DNA of 64,000 nt, taken from a virus. Lineage: Duplodnaviria > Caudoviricetes. The notes under the pieces are model-generated. The model made no database searches. It had not been told where the DNA came from and worked only from the letters and a program-made list of their open reading frames with translations. The first letter of the stretch is position 1. Every line of letters begins with the position of its first letter. Below, one piece after another: positions 28,701 through 38,533 of the stretch. The DNA lies in the IMG/VR virus record IMGVR_UViG_3300032050_000002; one strand, written 5' to 3'. Both the position numbers and the translations under genes were made by a program.

Positions 28701-30789
28701 ATTTTCTGGAGTTGAAGTTAATTGTAATAAAAATATAACAGGAAGTACAGGAGGAAGTGTTGCAGGCAAAGTAACAAACAATGGTTCTCAATGGTACTCA
28801 ACAAACGCAATGGCTTGTAGAAGAGTTGCAATTAAAAATATTAGTATAGAACCAATTATTTCAGTTGATGTTACTGTAGGAGAAACTGACCCGGTTCAGA
28901 AAAAAACAATAACCACTGAAACAATTATACCAAAAAAACCAAAGGTTGAAAAAACAATAACCCAACAAGAAAAAGAAGGAATTTCAAAAATAGTTTTAAG
29001 AAATTTGTTAACTGAATGTGATTATTTTTCATTAATACAAGAAAAAGACCCAATGGTTTATGATTCAATTAAACAAAAAATAAAATATTTCACACCCGCA
29101 TTTCATTCTATGACTCCAGAGGGACTTAATTCGAGAATAACTTTTTTGAATCAATGCGTCAGACCTGGAGAAACAATACCTGTAATTGGAACTGACGGAA
29201 AACCAAAATATAATGATTCTTTAAATACTTCATTTGGTGCTCCACCGGTTTTGGTTTTAAGAATAGGTGATTTTTATCACACTAAAGTTGTTCCAGACAG
29301 CATGGCATTCACTTACGAACCTTTTATATATGATATGAATCCCGAAGGTATTGGAATTCAACCAATGATTGTCAACGTAACTATGAGTGTTAAATTTATA
29401 GGTGGTCACGGATTATCTAAACCAGTTGAACAATTACAAAATGCTTTATCTTTTAATTATTATGCGAACACAGAGATATATGACGAGAGAGCGGTTTGGA
29501 CGGAAAATACCTCAGCTTTAGATAAAGAAGTACTTCAATCAATCGTTGAAAAAGAAGCAGCTGCGTCACCTCCTGTTCCACAAAACCAACCACAAAATAA
29601 CGGAGGCACAACAATTGGGGAGGTAATAACTAATATTCCGGTAACTGATGGACAAACAGGAGAAACATCATATCAAAAAATAATGGATAGTTTAGTAGAT
29701 AACACCAAAACATATATGGAAAATGTTTTTAACACTATGGAAAAAATAATGTTACAAACTAATTTTGGTATTATGCAACTTGTTAGTCAAAAAAGAAAAT
29801 ATTTTAAGGGCAAAATTAAGGCAGACGCATCTAATGATGTTATTTTATATGGTAAACCTGAAGGTGAAGGAGGTAGAATAGATAAGTTATTTGAAAATGT
29901 AATAATTGGTATTAAAGATAGAACAAACCCTATAATGGATTATTTGTTTAATGGTGTTAATAATAATGGGTTTAGTGATAAAGATATTGAATTAGTAACC
30001 ACTAACATGATTAATTATGTTAACGAATTAAAATCTCCATTATCAACTTCAGTAGCGACATTATTACAAGAATTAATTTTGTTTGAACAAGATTATATTC
30101 AAATAATAAGAAAATGTAATTTAGTTTATGATAAGACTGATGGAAAAATATTAGAATCTGGTGACCCAAGAATCTATACAATTTCAGGAACCGATAATGT
30201 AAGTAATCTTAGTACTAATAACCCTCAAGATACTTATATAGAATTTTTTGATGATTTTGAAACTTTATCTTCTTGTTTACAGCAATATAATCAAAATATA
30301 TTAACATATATTGAAGTTTTTGATGACGGAACATCTTCTTCTTATGAAGACGGAGACTTCCAAATGGCAAACGAACAAAATTTTACAGGTAATAATAATG
30401 AACTTTTCTTTAGTGTAATGGCTAGAATTCTTGCAGATAATAATAAAAAAGAAGAATTTAAAACCAAAATAATATCAGGTGACCTTTTAAAGGTACCAAA
30501 TTTAAAGAAAAAATTTAATAAAATTGTTGATAATTTATCAAAATCTTACTCTAATGAATTAAAAGATGAAGAAAAACTTTTCACAAAAATTAAAAAATCT
30601 AAAGAATATAAAGACTTAATAGACGGTATCACTGAAAAAATGTACCCAAAAGGAAAACTTAGAAAGTTTAATTACACAACAGTTCCTGGAGGAAATCTAA
30701 ACCAACAAACTCAAGATGTTAAAAATCTATACAAAACACAAAATATAGATAATGACGATACATGGACTAATAAATACATACTTTTATAA
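25744..30789 (+). CDS. Large baseplate/tube-initiator-like protein with internal OmpA-like domain
   Basis: 1681 aa. Tube-like segments (FMGRPEPIYTYKSTQRTGSISWKI; PPVLVLRIGDF) flank GSAS..SDVGYNQKLSERR...CRRVAI. Confidence 0.55.
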   Translation: MSSPLSFASTTSFRTLLMGKNLPPYSVPGFYRPQVGDVNYETQITVSNVIDSPGELINTDPYAQQLYPLNQYGPNGGYQVGITYNNLASPVTSNQGEYDPNDTKLDLLNEFYIDTAAIENKYLPQGGYDNMVIVDDVEVNNKIYQPYWEPPSFRPSSYTPYQILLSDNPSGTNGTLSNDSYIARLGAQKLRESLQARVDTEIFQNTTGLLNTQGLSDPFQASLIAAGQQPLVYRNWVITRPENPLVAAADFLTRLGGAYWPVSPIPGDYFDENQINGGVYQQASQALNTVNQLTGGFLGPILNKFRNPSEIFLANTGNAQRSVLFNTLDLNRYQPGYNKNYGGILGIAQGVVNLAVSLINAANDTLVSSYYVGSRNAEPGTITSPPNQVPVNPVGQQVMAPVYGPSELAILYEGNQNQLNFGLAGKTLNDGGTIDGQFVWVSPKYKGAAGYNATPGGGKGSLDEEYNLISSAYESNESTNITFKENSILDQTQRLINSADNVAGITRLKHVGNAINQVSKVFNDGYKEMTKGSQVVSYKDFTTGDEKGIEYCRVFTKDTPYYTYADLQKTDGITKSGRRFTNSVFDNTFNLNIAPLKNPNSTNIVANNPLGRGGYAKKYMFSIENLAWRTSSRPGFTYDELPVCEKGPNGGRVMWFPPYDLKFNDTSSAGWTPNEFMGRPEPIYTYKSTQRTGSISWKIIVDSPSVLNLIVEEQLKGANKERVNSILDSFFAGCVKFDIYELAKKFNRIPSKDLYLIQEKLSNPRLTDVEASKLVRSIETDLPIDGETNPAENTKGIATTVTPDFSTFKTEYEGLSFYFENDIPKPSNTNANYEPLYKSYNTETMQKKYVENAKTYFDPDSPFCKKNETYCTENREVEPFFKSVIENNYKKFTEGEKNFITDTYKLFNEKQALSMTITVLGSASALSDVGYNQKLSERRIKAMENFLKTKEVGGVKLEEFFKNGQIKIIPEASGETTKVTPKGEGKFSGVEVNCNKNITGSTGGSVAGKVTNNGSQWYSTNAMACRRVAIKNISIEPIISVDVTVGETDPVQKKTITTETIIPKKPKVEKTITQQEKEGISKIVLRNLLTECDYFSLIQEKDPMVYDSIKQKIKYFTPAFHSMTPEGLNSRITFLNQCVRPGETIPVIGTDGKPKYNDSLNTSFGAPPVLVLRIGDFYHTKVVPDSMAFTYEPFIYDMNPEGIGIQPMIVNVTMSVKFIGGHGLSKPVEQLQNALSFNYYANTEIYDERAVWTENTSALDKEVLQSIVEKEAAASPPVPQNQPQNNGGTTIGEVITNIPVTDGQTGETSYQKIMDSLVDNTKTYMENVFNTMEKIMLQTNFGIMQLVSQKRKYFKGKIKADASNDVILYGKPEGEGGRIDKLFENVIIGIKDRTNPIMDYLFNGVNNNGFSDKDIELVTTNMINYVNELKSPLSTSVATLLQELILFEQDYIQIIRKCNLVYDKTDGKILESGDPRIYTISGTDNVSNLSTNNPQDTYIEFFDDFETLSSCLQQYNQNILTYIEVFDDGTSSSYEDGDFQMANEQNFTGNNNELFFSVMARILADNNKKEEFKTKIISGDLLKVPNLKKKFNKIVDNLSKSYSNELKDEEKLFTKIKKSKEYKDLIDGITEKMYPKGKLRKFNYTTVPGGNLNQQTQDVKNLYKTQNIDNDDTWTNKYILL

Positions 30790-30791
30790 AA

Positions 30792-31115
30792 ATGGGAAAA
30801 CAATACTATAATAGATATAATAATTTTATTATTAATGGGGAACAAACTGTAGTTCCTTATATTAATCTACCAAGTAAAACCACAGATAAAAGGTATATTT
30901 ATAAAGTCGGACAAAGTAGATTAGATAAAATTTCACAACAATATTATGATTCCCCAACATTTGGATGGTTAATAATGTTAGCGAATCCGATTTATGGTGG
31001 ACAAGAATGGCAAATACCTGACGGTTCTATATTGACAATTCCATTTCCTTTAGTAGCTTCTTTACAAGATTACAATAACGAATTAAATAACCATTTCTTC
31101 TATTATGGTAGATAA
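30792..31115 (+). CDS. LysM-like baseplate wedge protein (gp53 / P2 gpX-like)
   Basis: RLDKISQQYYDSPTFGWLIMLANP...IPDG..L.IP. Confidence 0.75.
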   Translation: MGKQYYNRYNNFIINGEQTVVPYINLPSKTTDKRYIYKVGQSRLDKISQQYYDSPTFGWLIMLANPIYGGQEWQIPDGSILTIPFPLVASLQDYNNELNNHFFYYGR

Positions 31116-34100
31116 AACAGAAAATATATTAGTAGAATTTGACTACAACAACATTACGGTAATAGACCCAAACAAGGTTATTGATGAAAACGGAAAGGCA
31201 AAAGAAAGATTTGTAAATCAAGAAGATTTAGTTATGTATGCCAATTTAGAGTGTAATGTTTTACCAAGAACGAAATTGGCCTTAGGGGTTGCGAGTAACG
31301 ACCAAATACAAACTGTATCAATTGCTAGTATTAATTTTTTAAAACCAGGGGGAAAAGAATTTTTAGATAATTCTTGGACTGACGAATTAACTGGAAAAGA
31401 TACAATACAAGGTAAAGGGGTTAATCAACCAAATTTAGAATCGATTAAAAACCCAAAAAAAGACAATGATTATTACATAAGACAAACAATATCATCTAAT
31501 GGAAAGGCCGGTGCGACTGATAATGGATTATTAGGAATTACTTCTATTGACATTAGACAGAATACTTCCTTTATGCCTGTTATTACAATAAAATTAATAG
31601 ACGTAAAAGGTAGAGCATTGTTTGAGTCAGGAGATAATTCACCATATGCCGCATTTTTTAATCTACCGTATCCAATGTTTAATTTAACAATAAAGGGATA
31701 CTACGGTAGAGCGGTTAAATTACCTTTAATGTTACAAAATTTCACATCTTCATTTAATTATAATACAACCAATTTTGATATTACATTAACTTTTTACACT
31801 TACAAATATACTATGTTGGCTGAAATTATGATGGGGGCGTTAATAGCGACTCCAAATATGTATAAAAATAATTTAACAATTGAAACAAAAAAAGGAACTC
31901 CATCTCAATATGTTAATGTTAAAGATTCGGTAATTGAAAAAGGGTATCAGAAAGTTAAAGAAGTTTATAGTGAATATAAAACAAAAGGATTAGTACCTGA
32001 AGATTTTCCGGAATTAACCTTAGTTCAAATGAAATATAACATTTCAAATTTTATTAAAAATATTTTTGATTCTTTTACCAAACAGAATATGGAACCTTTA
32101 AATTATTTAAAGACATATCAAGACACGTTGTCAGAGTATAAGAAAGATGTTTTTACCGCAATAAATGGTTCTTGGTTTTCTAAAAATATGGACAATCAAA
32201 ATTATATCGTATTAAAAGATAAAACAAAAATTTATACATTTAAAAAAGATATAACGGATTATAAAGGTGCTAAAAGTGAATTAGAAAAAAGTATAATAGA
32301 TAAATATAATACTAAATTAAATGGTAATAAAACCGTTGGGCAAAATGGTTCGTATCAGATTGGTGGTAAAGGTGATAAATCAACGGCAATTAAATGTGAC
32401 ATATCTTTAAATGATTTTATAGTTAAAAACGTGAGTTTTGATAACGATATTGATTGGGTTGAAACATATATTGTTTGGAAAAAAGATAAAAAGAAATTAA
32501 ATGAACAAAGTGAAGAAATAAAACTTTTTATAGATGAAGTTAAAAAATCAAATTTATTCAATACCGTAGAGACAACAGATAATAATGGTAATAAAAAAAC
32601 CGTTAAAGATTGGTTTGTTTTTGAAAAATCAATAGAAATTAAAGACCCCGTAACTAATATAAAATTACCTACTAAAACATTTAATGATAAATTAAATGAC
32701 ATATCAAAAACTTTAAAAGAATATAAAGAAAAAATAGAAACTGATTTAACAAACGCTTTATCTGATTTATTACAAGATAAAAATTCAGGTATCGGTTTTG
32801 TACCGAACATAAGAAATGTTTTGGCGGTTATTTTTGCAAACTGTGAGGCATTTATTAGGTTATTAGATGATGTTCATAAACAAGCTTGGGATATAAACAG
32901 CGATGAGGATTTATTGAGACATAGAAAAAATGCAATATTCAATAATCAAGTTGCGGGAGCTTCACCCGATAATTTGGGAGACGATAAAACACCAATTTAT
33001 CCGTGGCCACAATTAATTGTTGCAACCGCTGGTGAAAATGGTCAAGAAACTTATGAGATTAGATATCCAGGTGATGATGATTTAAAAACATTAACTAAAA
33101 GTAATATTGATGGAACTTGGCCTGAAGTAGAATTTGTCGAAGAATTTATTAGAGGATTAGTTGAAAAACAAACTATCACATCAAAAACAATTCCGGTTGA
33201 AAATAATGTTTTAGACATTAAAAGAATTAGTTTTGACGCTATTGAATTTCCAATAGGAAACGATGTTTATAGTAATAAAGAAGAAGTTAAATTCTTTTAT
33301 GAGATTTACGAGAGAATACTTTTAATTTCTAATATGTCTAAATTATCTAGAGCATCCTTGTCAACAACTGATACTGATGAAATTACTAATTTAATTGCTG
33401 AATGCGAAAGTATTAATTTAAATAACAGTTTATCTAGTAATGACCCATTTTTGATTAAAAAATTAACCGATTATGGAATAAATGCGTCTAATTATTTGCT
33501 GATTCTAAGGCATTTTTCAAACCAAGGATTAGGTCAAAGTTGGCAAAATTATATTAGAGGAATATATAACACTTCTTATATTAATAATAGAATCATTAAT
33601 GGACAATTCGATTTTATTAATAGTAATATATTAAACAGTGTAAAAACACAACCACAAGTATCAGTTGAAAACGAAGACAAAATTTCAAAATATATAACAG
33701 GGTCAACAACATCCAACGAGTTTGATTTTTCAGACACATACCCATTTATAAATGAAAAATGGTCAAAAGAAAATTTATCAAACTCATCATCATTTTCTAA
33801 AGTAAAAGATTCATTTAACACAACAAAAGTTTTAAAATACAATCAACAAAGAAAAATAATTACTAATTTTGTTGAAGGAGAAACAACTGAAAAGATAAGA
33901 CCGATAACTAATTTTAATTACATATCTTTAAGTTATCCTTATGTCAGTAGTCCTGGAGACTTAAACGCCCAAACATTAAAAGCGTTTTATCAGAATAGAA
34001 GAATTAAAGACCAATTACCCACAGAAGGTAATATTGTATATAATGATTATACAAATCAAGTTAGACCAGAACAAACAACATCTATTTTTAATACCCCTTA

Positions 34101-37100
34101 TTTTATTAATTCTATACAAGAAGGTATTCAAAATTTTAGAAATTTTTCAGAATATCCTTTTGTTTCTTCCGCATATTATTTTATTAATAGTTTACCTATT
34201 GCGACATTAAAAGAAAAATATAAAAGTTATGAAAACAACTCAATTACTGAGTTAGATTACATTTTTGCAACAATCAAAAAATTTGGAGCAATTCATAAAG
34301 TACCATACGCTTGGGCATTAAAGATAGGTTCGGTGTGGCATAGGTATAAAAAATACGTAGAAACAGGTGTTGATATTTTAGATAGAAGTTGGTCAGGATT
34401 TAGTTACACATATAACTATGACCCAACAACTCAAAATAAAGAAAAAGTGTATAGTTTATCTTTTAACAATTCTCAAATTGACATTGTATTACAAAAAGAT
34501 ACTACCATAGGAGCTGAATTATCCACGGTTATTAATACTGGATTTTATCCAAAATTAATAAATGATTTTAATGTATTTTATCAAGGGTATGAAATTTATT
34601 CTTCGTATTCCGAAAGTGATATACAATCAGGGTTTAGCTCAGGAGTTACTTTAAATTATGTTGATGATGCTATAATCAATTTGTATGAAGGTTTTGATGA
34701 ATCTATACCAAATAGAGATTTAAGAATTGTACCTTGGTCTGTTACAGTGGATAGTTTTTTAGAACCCGATTCTTTATTTGTAATGCCATCACAAGGTTCT
34801 TTATTTAATCAAACGTTATCGGAGTGTTTTAATTTAAATACCGCACCAACATATAGACTAACAAATGAGGTTTTTGATAACTCCTCAATGTATAATGGCT
34901 CTGTGAGACTTTTTTGGGCGGCACCTAATTATGGGTATTTTGACGATGGTTTGGTATCAAAACCTTCACCCGAAGAATATCTAAAAACGGTATTAACAGG
35001 AGAAAGTATTCAAGAAAACTTTTCAATTAAATCAAGTGGTTCATATACAAAAATAAGTGAAATTTTTTCGGTTTTTGAAAAAGAAATTTTAGATAAATTT
35101 GAGACTATGTTTTTGAATTTTTCAAAATCTATCTACGACTCTGATTTAGGTAATTTAACTACGGACCCTGAAATATTCACAGAATCAGGAGGTAATAGCG
35201 AATTACCCTCAAACATTATGTTTAAAAATTTTCAATCAATTATGGTTGAAATGATGAAAATTAAAAAACAACCTTATACCGGAGGAACCGAATTTGTAAC
35301 TACAATACAAAATAACCAATTACAAAAAATAGGAAGTGTGTTAAAATCTTTCTTAACATACGATGTAGTATTTAAACACGGCAATCCATCATCCTATGAT
35401 ATAAGATTATTTAAAACGTTTTCACAATTAGATTTAACCGACCCATATACTTGGGAAGATTATAGTGTTGAAACACCAAATTCATTACCAACAAGTAGTA
35501 ATTCGGTCACATTATCACAATCGGTCTCAAATTTTCCAGAAGAGTGGAAGACGTTAAAATCATATGTTGGATTTTCAGAAATACCCGAATTAAAATACGA
35601 TAACAACGGTTCTTATATAACTGATTTTTTTATTGATTTTAATGTGGCCTTTAAAAAAGATAATATAATTAGATTCGCTCCGATAATCAAAATATATGTG
35701 ACACAAAAATTAATTAATAATAATATAAAAGTAGGGGATTTTTATAATTTAATGACGAGTTATTTAGGTTCTAATTTAAGCTTCCAAAACAAAATTTTGG
35801 ATAATTTAATGATTAAAATTGCGACAAAATTACCTAAAACAACAATTACTGTTGATGTTAAAAAACCTTCAGAAGTTAATGGAGGAACTCAGTCAAAATC
35901 AGAATTGTATGAATCTTTTAAATCATTAAATGATAAATGGATTGCCGGAAACGATGTTAAAAATAAAACATTATTTGAAGATGTTCTATTATTGGATAGG
36001 GCTAGTAGAAATATTGGAGAAAAAATACTAGTCGATATTTTTAAATTACAAAATAGATTAGAAAATTTAGATTCTCAAATTGATGTGTTAGGGTTTGTTC
36101 AAACAATATTAGTAGAGAATCATTTTGTTGTTATGAATTTACCAACTTATGTTAATTTTTATAATGTGCAAGATGTTGTAAAAAACGCAATCCCAAAACC
36201 TGAAGGTACTTTAGAATTTGCAAATACTTTATTTGGAACATTTTTAAATGTTGATTATAGAAATTCTTCCTCTAAATTAGTTTGTTTTTACGGCGGAAAA
36301 CCTAGTGAACAATTAGATTTAAAAAATAACGTTGATTATAGATTTAGAAATGACGCCTTTGAATTGAGAAGAGCGAGTGATAATCCGTTAGTGGAAAACC
36401 AAATTAATAAAAAAGATTGGGCTTTATCTAATAAAGTAGTTGGATTTAATGTAGACATAGGACCTCAAAATCAACAGATTTTTATGGGGTTTGATGTTAG
36501 CCAAACTGCCGGTAAAGCGACTGCCGAAAGTATTGAAGTTACTACTCAAATGGGTAATCAAAATCGTAATAGAAAAGGAGCGACTCAAAGCGTATCTTTA
36601 TATAATTTATATAAAAATAGAAGTTATAGATGTCAAGTTACAATGATGGGTAACGCGTTAATACAACCAACAATGTATTTTAATTTAAGAAATGTTCCTA
36701 TGTTTAGTGGACCTTATATGATATTGGAAGTAAGTCATAGGATTTCGCCAGGTTCTTTTACAACTTATTTTACAGGAGTTAGACAACCAACCGCTTCATT
36801 ACCAATTCTTGATGATTATATACAATCACTAAGAAAAAATTTACTTCAATCCATAATTGAAAAATTAGAACAAGATAAGATTGAACAAGAAAGACAAGCA
36901 AATGCGAATAATCCAAAAAATAATACTGCAAGTAACACTTCTTTAATTACTGATTGTATAAAAAATGCTTATAAAGATTATCAAAAATTCTCGGCAATTA
37001 CACCAACACAAACAACAATAAATGTTAGTGATATGTATAAAAAAATTGTAGATACAACACCAAATGTTATGTTACAAAAATTAATATTCTGCAGAATATA

Positions 37101-37485
37101 CTTTAGCTCATTGGATAATTCAAACACTAACAGATTCACATCTGTTAACAATAATTACGCAGGAATTTTTTTAGACTCGAACAATAATTGGGGGGCAAAC
37201 GGAGAAGAAAATCTGTCAAAGAAATTTTATTGTGCTCTTGGAAACACCGTAAATGCGGTTTTTGAAAATGAAGTGAAAGTTATTTCCTTATTGAAAAATA
37301 AATGGGAATCTAGAGTCGTTTCCGTTAAAGATAATATAACGGATATTACTAAATTCATAGTTAATAATTATGACGCCAAAACTAACAATAACGCTTACAA
37401 TTCGCTTAATTCTGTTGATAGAGATAATTACACGAATATAATTAATAATGCGGTTAATTTATTTAACACATTAAAAAATAGATAA
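31105..37485 (+). CDS. Giant baseplate hub protein (gp27/VgrG/late-control-D-like)
   Basis: 2126 aa following the LysM gene. CQVTMMGNALIQP.MYF.L..VPMFSGPYMILEVSHRI..G.FTT.F.GVR matches the hub C-terminal fold pattern. Confidence 0.6.
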   Translation: MVDKTENILVEFDYNNITVIDPNKVIDENGKAKERFVNQEDLVMYANLECNVLPRTKLALGVASNDQIQTVSIASINFLKPGGKEFLDNSWTDELTGKDTIQGKGVNQPNLESIKNPKKDNDYYIRQTISSNGKAGATDNGLLGITSIDIRQNTSFMPVITIKLIDVKGRALFESGDNSPYAAFFNLPYPMFNLTIKGYYGRAVKLPLMLQNFTSSFNYNTTNFDITLTFYTYKYTMLAEIMMGALIATPNMYKNNLTIETKKGTPSQYVNVKDSVIEKGYQKVKEVYSEYKTKGLVPEDFPELTLVQMKYNISNFIKNIFDSFTKQNMEPLNYLKTYQDTLSEYKKDVFTAINGSWFSKNMDNQNYIVLKDKTKIYTFKKDITDYKGAKSELEKSIIDKYNTKLNGNKTVGQNGSYQIGGKGDKSTAIKCDISLNDFIVKNVSFDNDIDWVETYIVWKKDKKKLNEQSEEIKLFIDEVKKSNLFNTVETTDNNGNKKTVKDWFVFEKSIEIKDPVTNIKLPTKTFNDKLNDISKTLKEYKEKIETDLTNALSDLLQDKNSGIGFVPNIRNVLAVIFANCEAFIRLLDDVHKQAWDINSDEDLLRHRKNAIFNNQVAGASPDNLGDDKTPIYPWPQLIVATAGENGQETYEIRYPGDDDLKTLTKSNIDGTWPEVEFVEEFIRGLVEKQTITSKTIPVENNVLDIKRISFDAIEFPIGNDVYSNKEEVKFFYEIYERILLISNMSKLSRASLSTTDTDEITNLIAECESINLNNSLSSNDPFLIKKLTDYGINASNYLLILRHFSNQGLGQSWQNYIRGIYNTSYINNRIINGQFDFINSNILNSVKTQPQVSVENEDKISKYITGSTTSNEFDFSDTYPFINEKWSKENLSNSSSFSKVKDSFNTTKVLKYNQQRKIITNFVEGETTEKIRPITNFNYISLSYPYVSSPGDLNAQTLKAFYQNRRIKDQLPTEGNIVYNDYTNQVRPEQTTSIFNTPYFINSIQEGIQNFRNFSEYPFVSSAYYFINSLPIATLKEKYKSYENNSITELDYIFATIKKFGAIHKVPYAWALKIGSVWHRYKKYVETGVDILDRSWSGFSYTYNYDPTTQNKEKVYSLSFNNSQIDIVLQKDTTIGAELSTVINTGFYPKLINDFNVFYQGYEIYSSYSESDIQSGFSSGVTLNYVDDAIINLYEGFDESIPNRDLRIVPWSVTVDSFLEPDSLFVMPSQGSLFNQTLSECFNLNTAPTYRLTNEVFDNSSMYNGSVRLFWAAPNYGYFDDGLVSKPSPEEYLKTVLTGESIQENFSIKSSGSYTKISEIFSVFEKEILDKFETMFLNFSKSIYDSDLGNLTTDPEIFTESGGNSELPSNIMFKNFQSIMVEMMKIKKQPYTGGTEFVTTIQNNQLQKIGSVLKSFLTYDVVFKHGNPSSYDIRLFKTFSQLDLTDPYTWEDYSVETPNSLPTSSNSVTLSQSVSNFPEEWKTLKSYVGFSEIPELKYDNNGSYITDFFIDFNVAFKKDNIIRFAPIIKIYVTQKLINNNIKVGDFYNLMTSYLGSNLSFQNKILDNLMIKIATKLPKTTITVDVKKPSEVNGGTQSKSELYESFKSLNDKWIAGNDVKNKTLFEDVLLLDRASRNIGEKILVDIFKLQNRLENLDSQIDVLGFVQTILVENHFVVMNLPTYVNFYNVQDVVKNAIPKPEGTLEFANTLFGTFLNVDYRNSSSKLVCFYGGKPSEQLDLKNNVDYRFRNDAFELRRASDNPLVENQINKKDWALSNKVVGFNVDIGPQNQQIFMGFDVSQTAGKATAESIEVTTQMGNQNRNRKGATQSVSLYNLYKNRSYRCQVTMMGNALIQPTMYFNLRNVPMFSGPYMILEVSHRISPGSFTTYFTGVRQPTASLPILDDYIQSLRKNLLQSIIEKLEQDKIEQERQANANNPKNNTASNTSLITDCIKNAYKDYQKFSAITPTQTTINVSDMYKKIVDTTPNVMLQKLIFCRIYFSSLDNSNTNRFTSVNNNYAGIFLDSNNNWGANGEENLSKKFYCALGNTVNAVFENEVKVISLLKNKWESRVVSVKDNITDITKFIVNNYDAKTNNNAYNSLNSVDRDNYTNIINNAVNLFNTLKNR

Positions 37486-37529
37486 AAATAATTTTTTATT
37501 ATTATTAGATATTTATAAATAAAAAGATT

Positions 37530-37754
37530 ATGAATACAAAATTAATATTAGATAGTTATCTTGGTAAAAACACAAGAACATCTGAAAAAGACTTAGGAAA
37601 TGGTTCTAAACAAGTTTGTGATTTAGACACTGGAGAGTGTTATACGGTTAGAATGAAAGACGGTCTTATTGAAAGGGTAGATAACACTATGAAGACTAAT
37701 AAAAGAATCCAAGTTGAAACCACTACAGGTATAAAACAATTATTAAATGGATAA
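37530..37754 (+). CDS. Hypothetical protein
   Basis: 74 aa ORF with TATTTATA 12 nt upstream (37510-37517). Confidence 0.6.
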   Translation: MNTKLILDSYLGKNTRTSEKDLGNGSKQVCDLDTGECYTVRMKDGLIERVDNTMKTNKRIQVETTTGIKQLLNG

Positions 37755-37759
37755 TTAAA

Positions 37760-38446
37760 ATGAGTATAGATAAAAAAATATTAGAAGAAATTAATAGGTA
37801 CAAACGTATTAATAACTATATTAACGAGCAAGAAATGGCGGAATTACCTCCACCTCCGGCAGATGCCGCAGCGGCAGCACCAACTGACGCACCACCAACC
37901 GACGCGGTGACACCACCTCCAGTAGACGCGGCAGCGGGGGCTCCTCCTGCCGAATCAACACCTCCACCAGCACCTGTAGACACCACAACCGACCCTGATG
38001 TTGAAAAAATAGGTGACGAAAAAGAGGATAAGAAAGAATTAGATATTACTGATTTAGTCAACTCTCAAAAAAATGTTGAGGATAAACAAGAAGAATATTT
38101 TAATAATTTATTTAAATCTTTAAGTGATTTAGAGGAAAAATTATCCAATATGGATATGATTGTTAACAAACTAAATGATATTGAAGCGAAAGTTGAAAAA
38201 TATAGAACAAAAACACCTGAAGAAAAATTAGAATTAAGAAGTTTGGATTCAGGACCTTTTAATCAGAAATTATCGCAATATTTTGAAGATAAACAAGACG
38301 ATTTTGAAAAACAAGGTAGAGAAGAATATATCTTAACAAAAGATGAAGTTGAAGATTTTTCTCCATCAGAGGTTAAAAAAAGTTTTAGAAACTTTGAAGA
38401 AGGTAGAGACGATGAACCAAACGCATTTAACCAATTTAAATATTAA
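37760..38446 (+). CDS. Pro/Ala-rich acidic coiled-coil protein (candidate head core/scaffold)
   Basis: Leader KKILEEINRY..INNYINEQE, P/A/D/T linker, then heptad-like EEYFNNLFKSLSDLEEKL. Confidence 0.55.
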   Translation: MSIDKKILEEINRYKRINNYINEQEMAELPPPPADAAAAAPTDAPPTDAVTPPPVDAAAGAPPAESTPPPAPVDTTTDPDVEKIGDEKEDKKELDITDLVNSQKNVEDKQEEYFNNLFKSLSDLEEKLSNMDMIVNKLNDIEAKVEKYRTKTPEEKLELRSLDSGPFNQKLSQYFEDKQDDFEKQGREEYILTKDEVEDFSPSEVKKSFRNFEEGRDDEPNAFNQFKY

Positions 38447-38450
38447 GTAA

Positions 38451-38468
38451 TGGGGATGAAATTCCCCA
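38451..38468. terminator. Weak hairpin, possible terminator
   Basis: TGGGGA-tgaaat-TCCCCA just after the stop at 38446, without a clear U-tract. Confidence 0.35.
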
Positions 38469-38473
38469 ACTAA

Positions 38474-38505
38474 TTTGACATTACAAAGGCTGACACTTAT
38501 ATTTT
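38474..38505 (+). promoter_or_regulatory. Host-sigma-type promoter of the SSB/replication operon
   Basis: TTGACA (38475-38480), 17 nt, TATATT (38498-38503). Identical boxes and spacing to the polymerase promoter. Confidence 0.7.
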
Positions 38506-38533
38506 ATCATAAACAATTAAATAACACGAAAAA

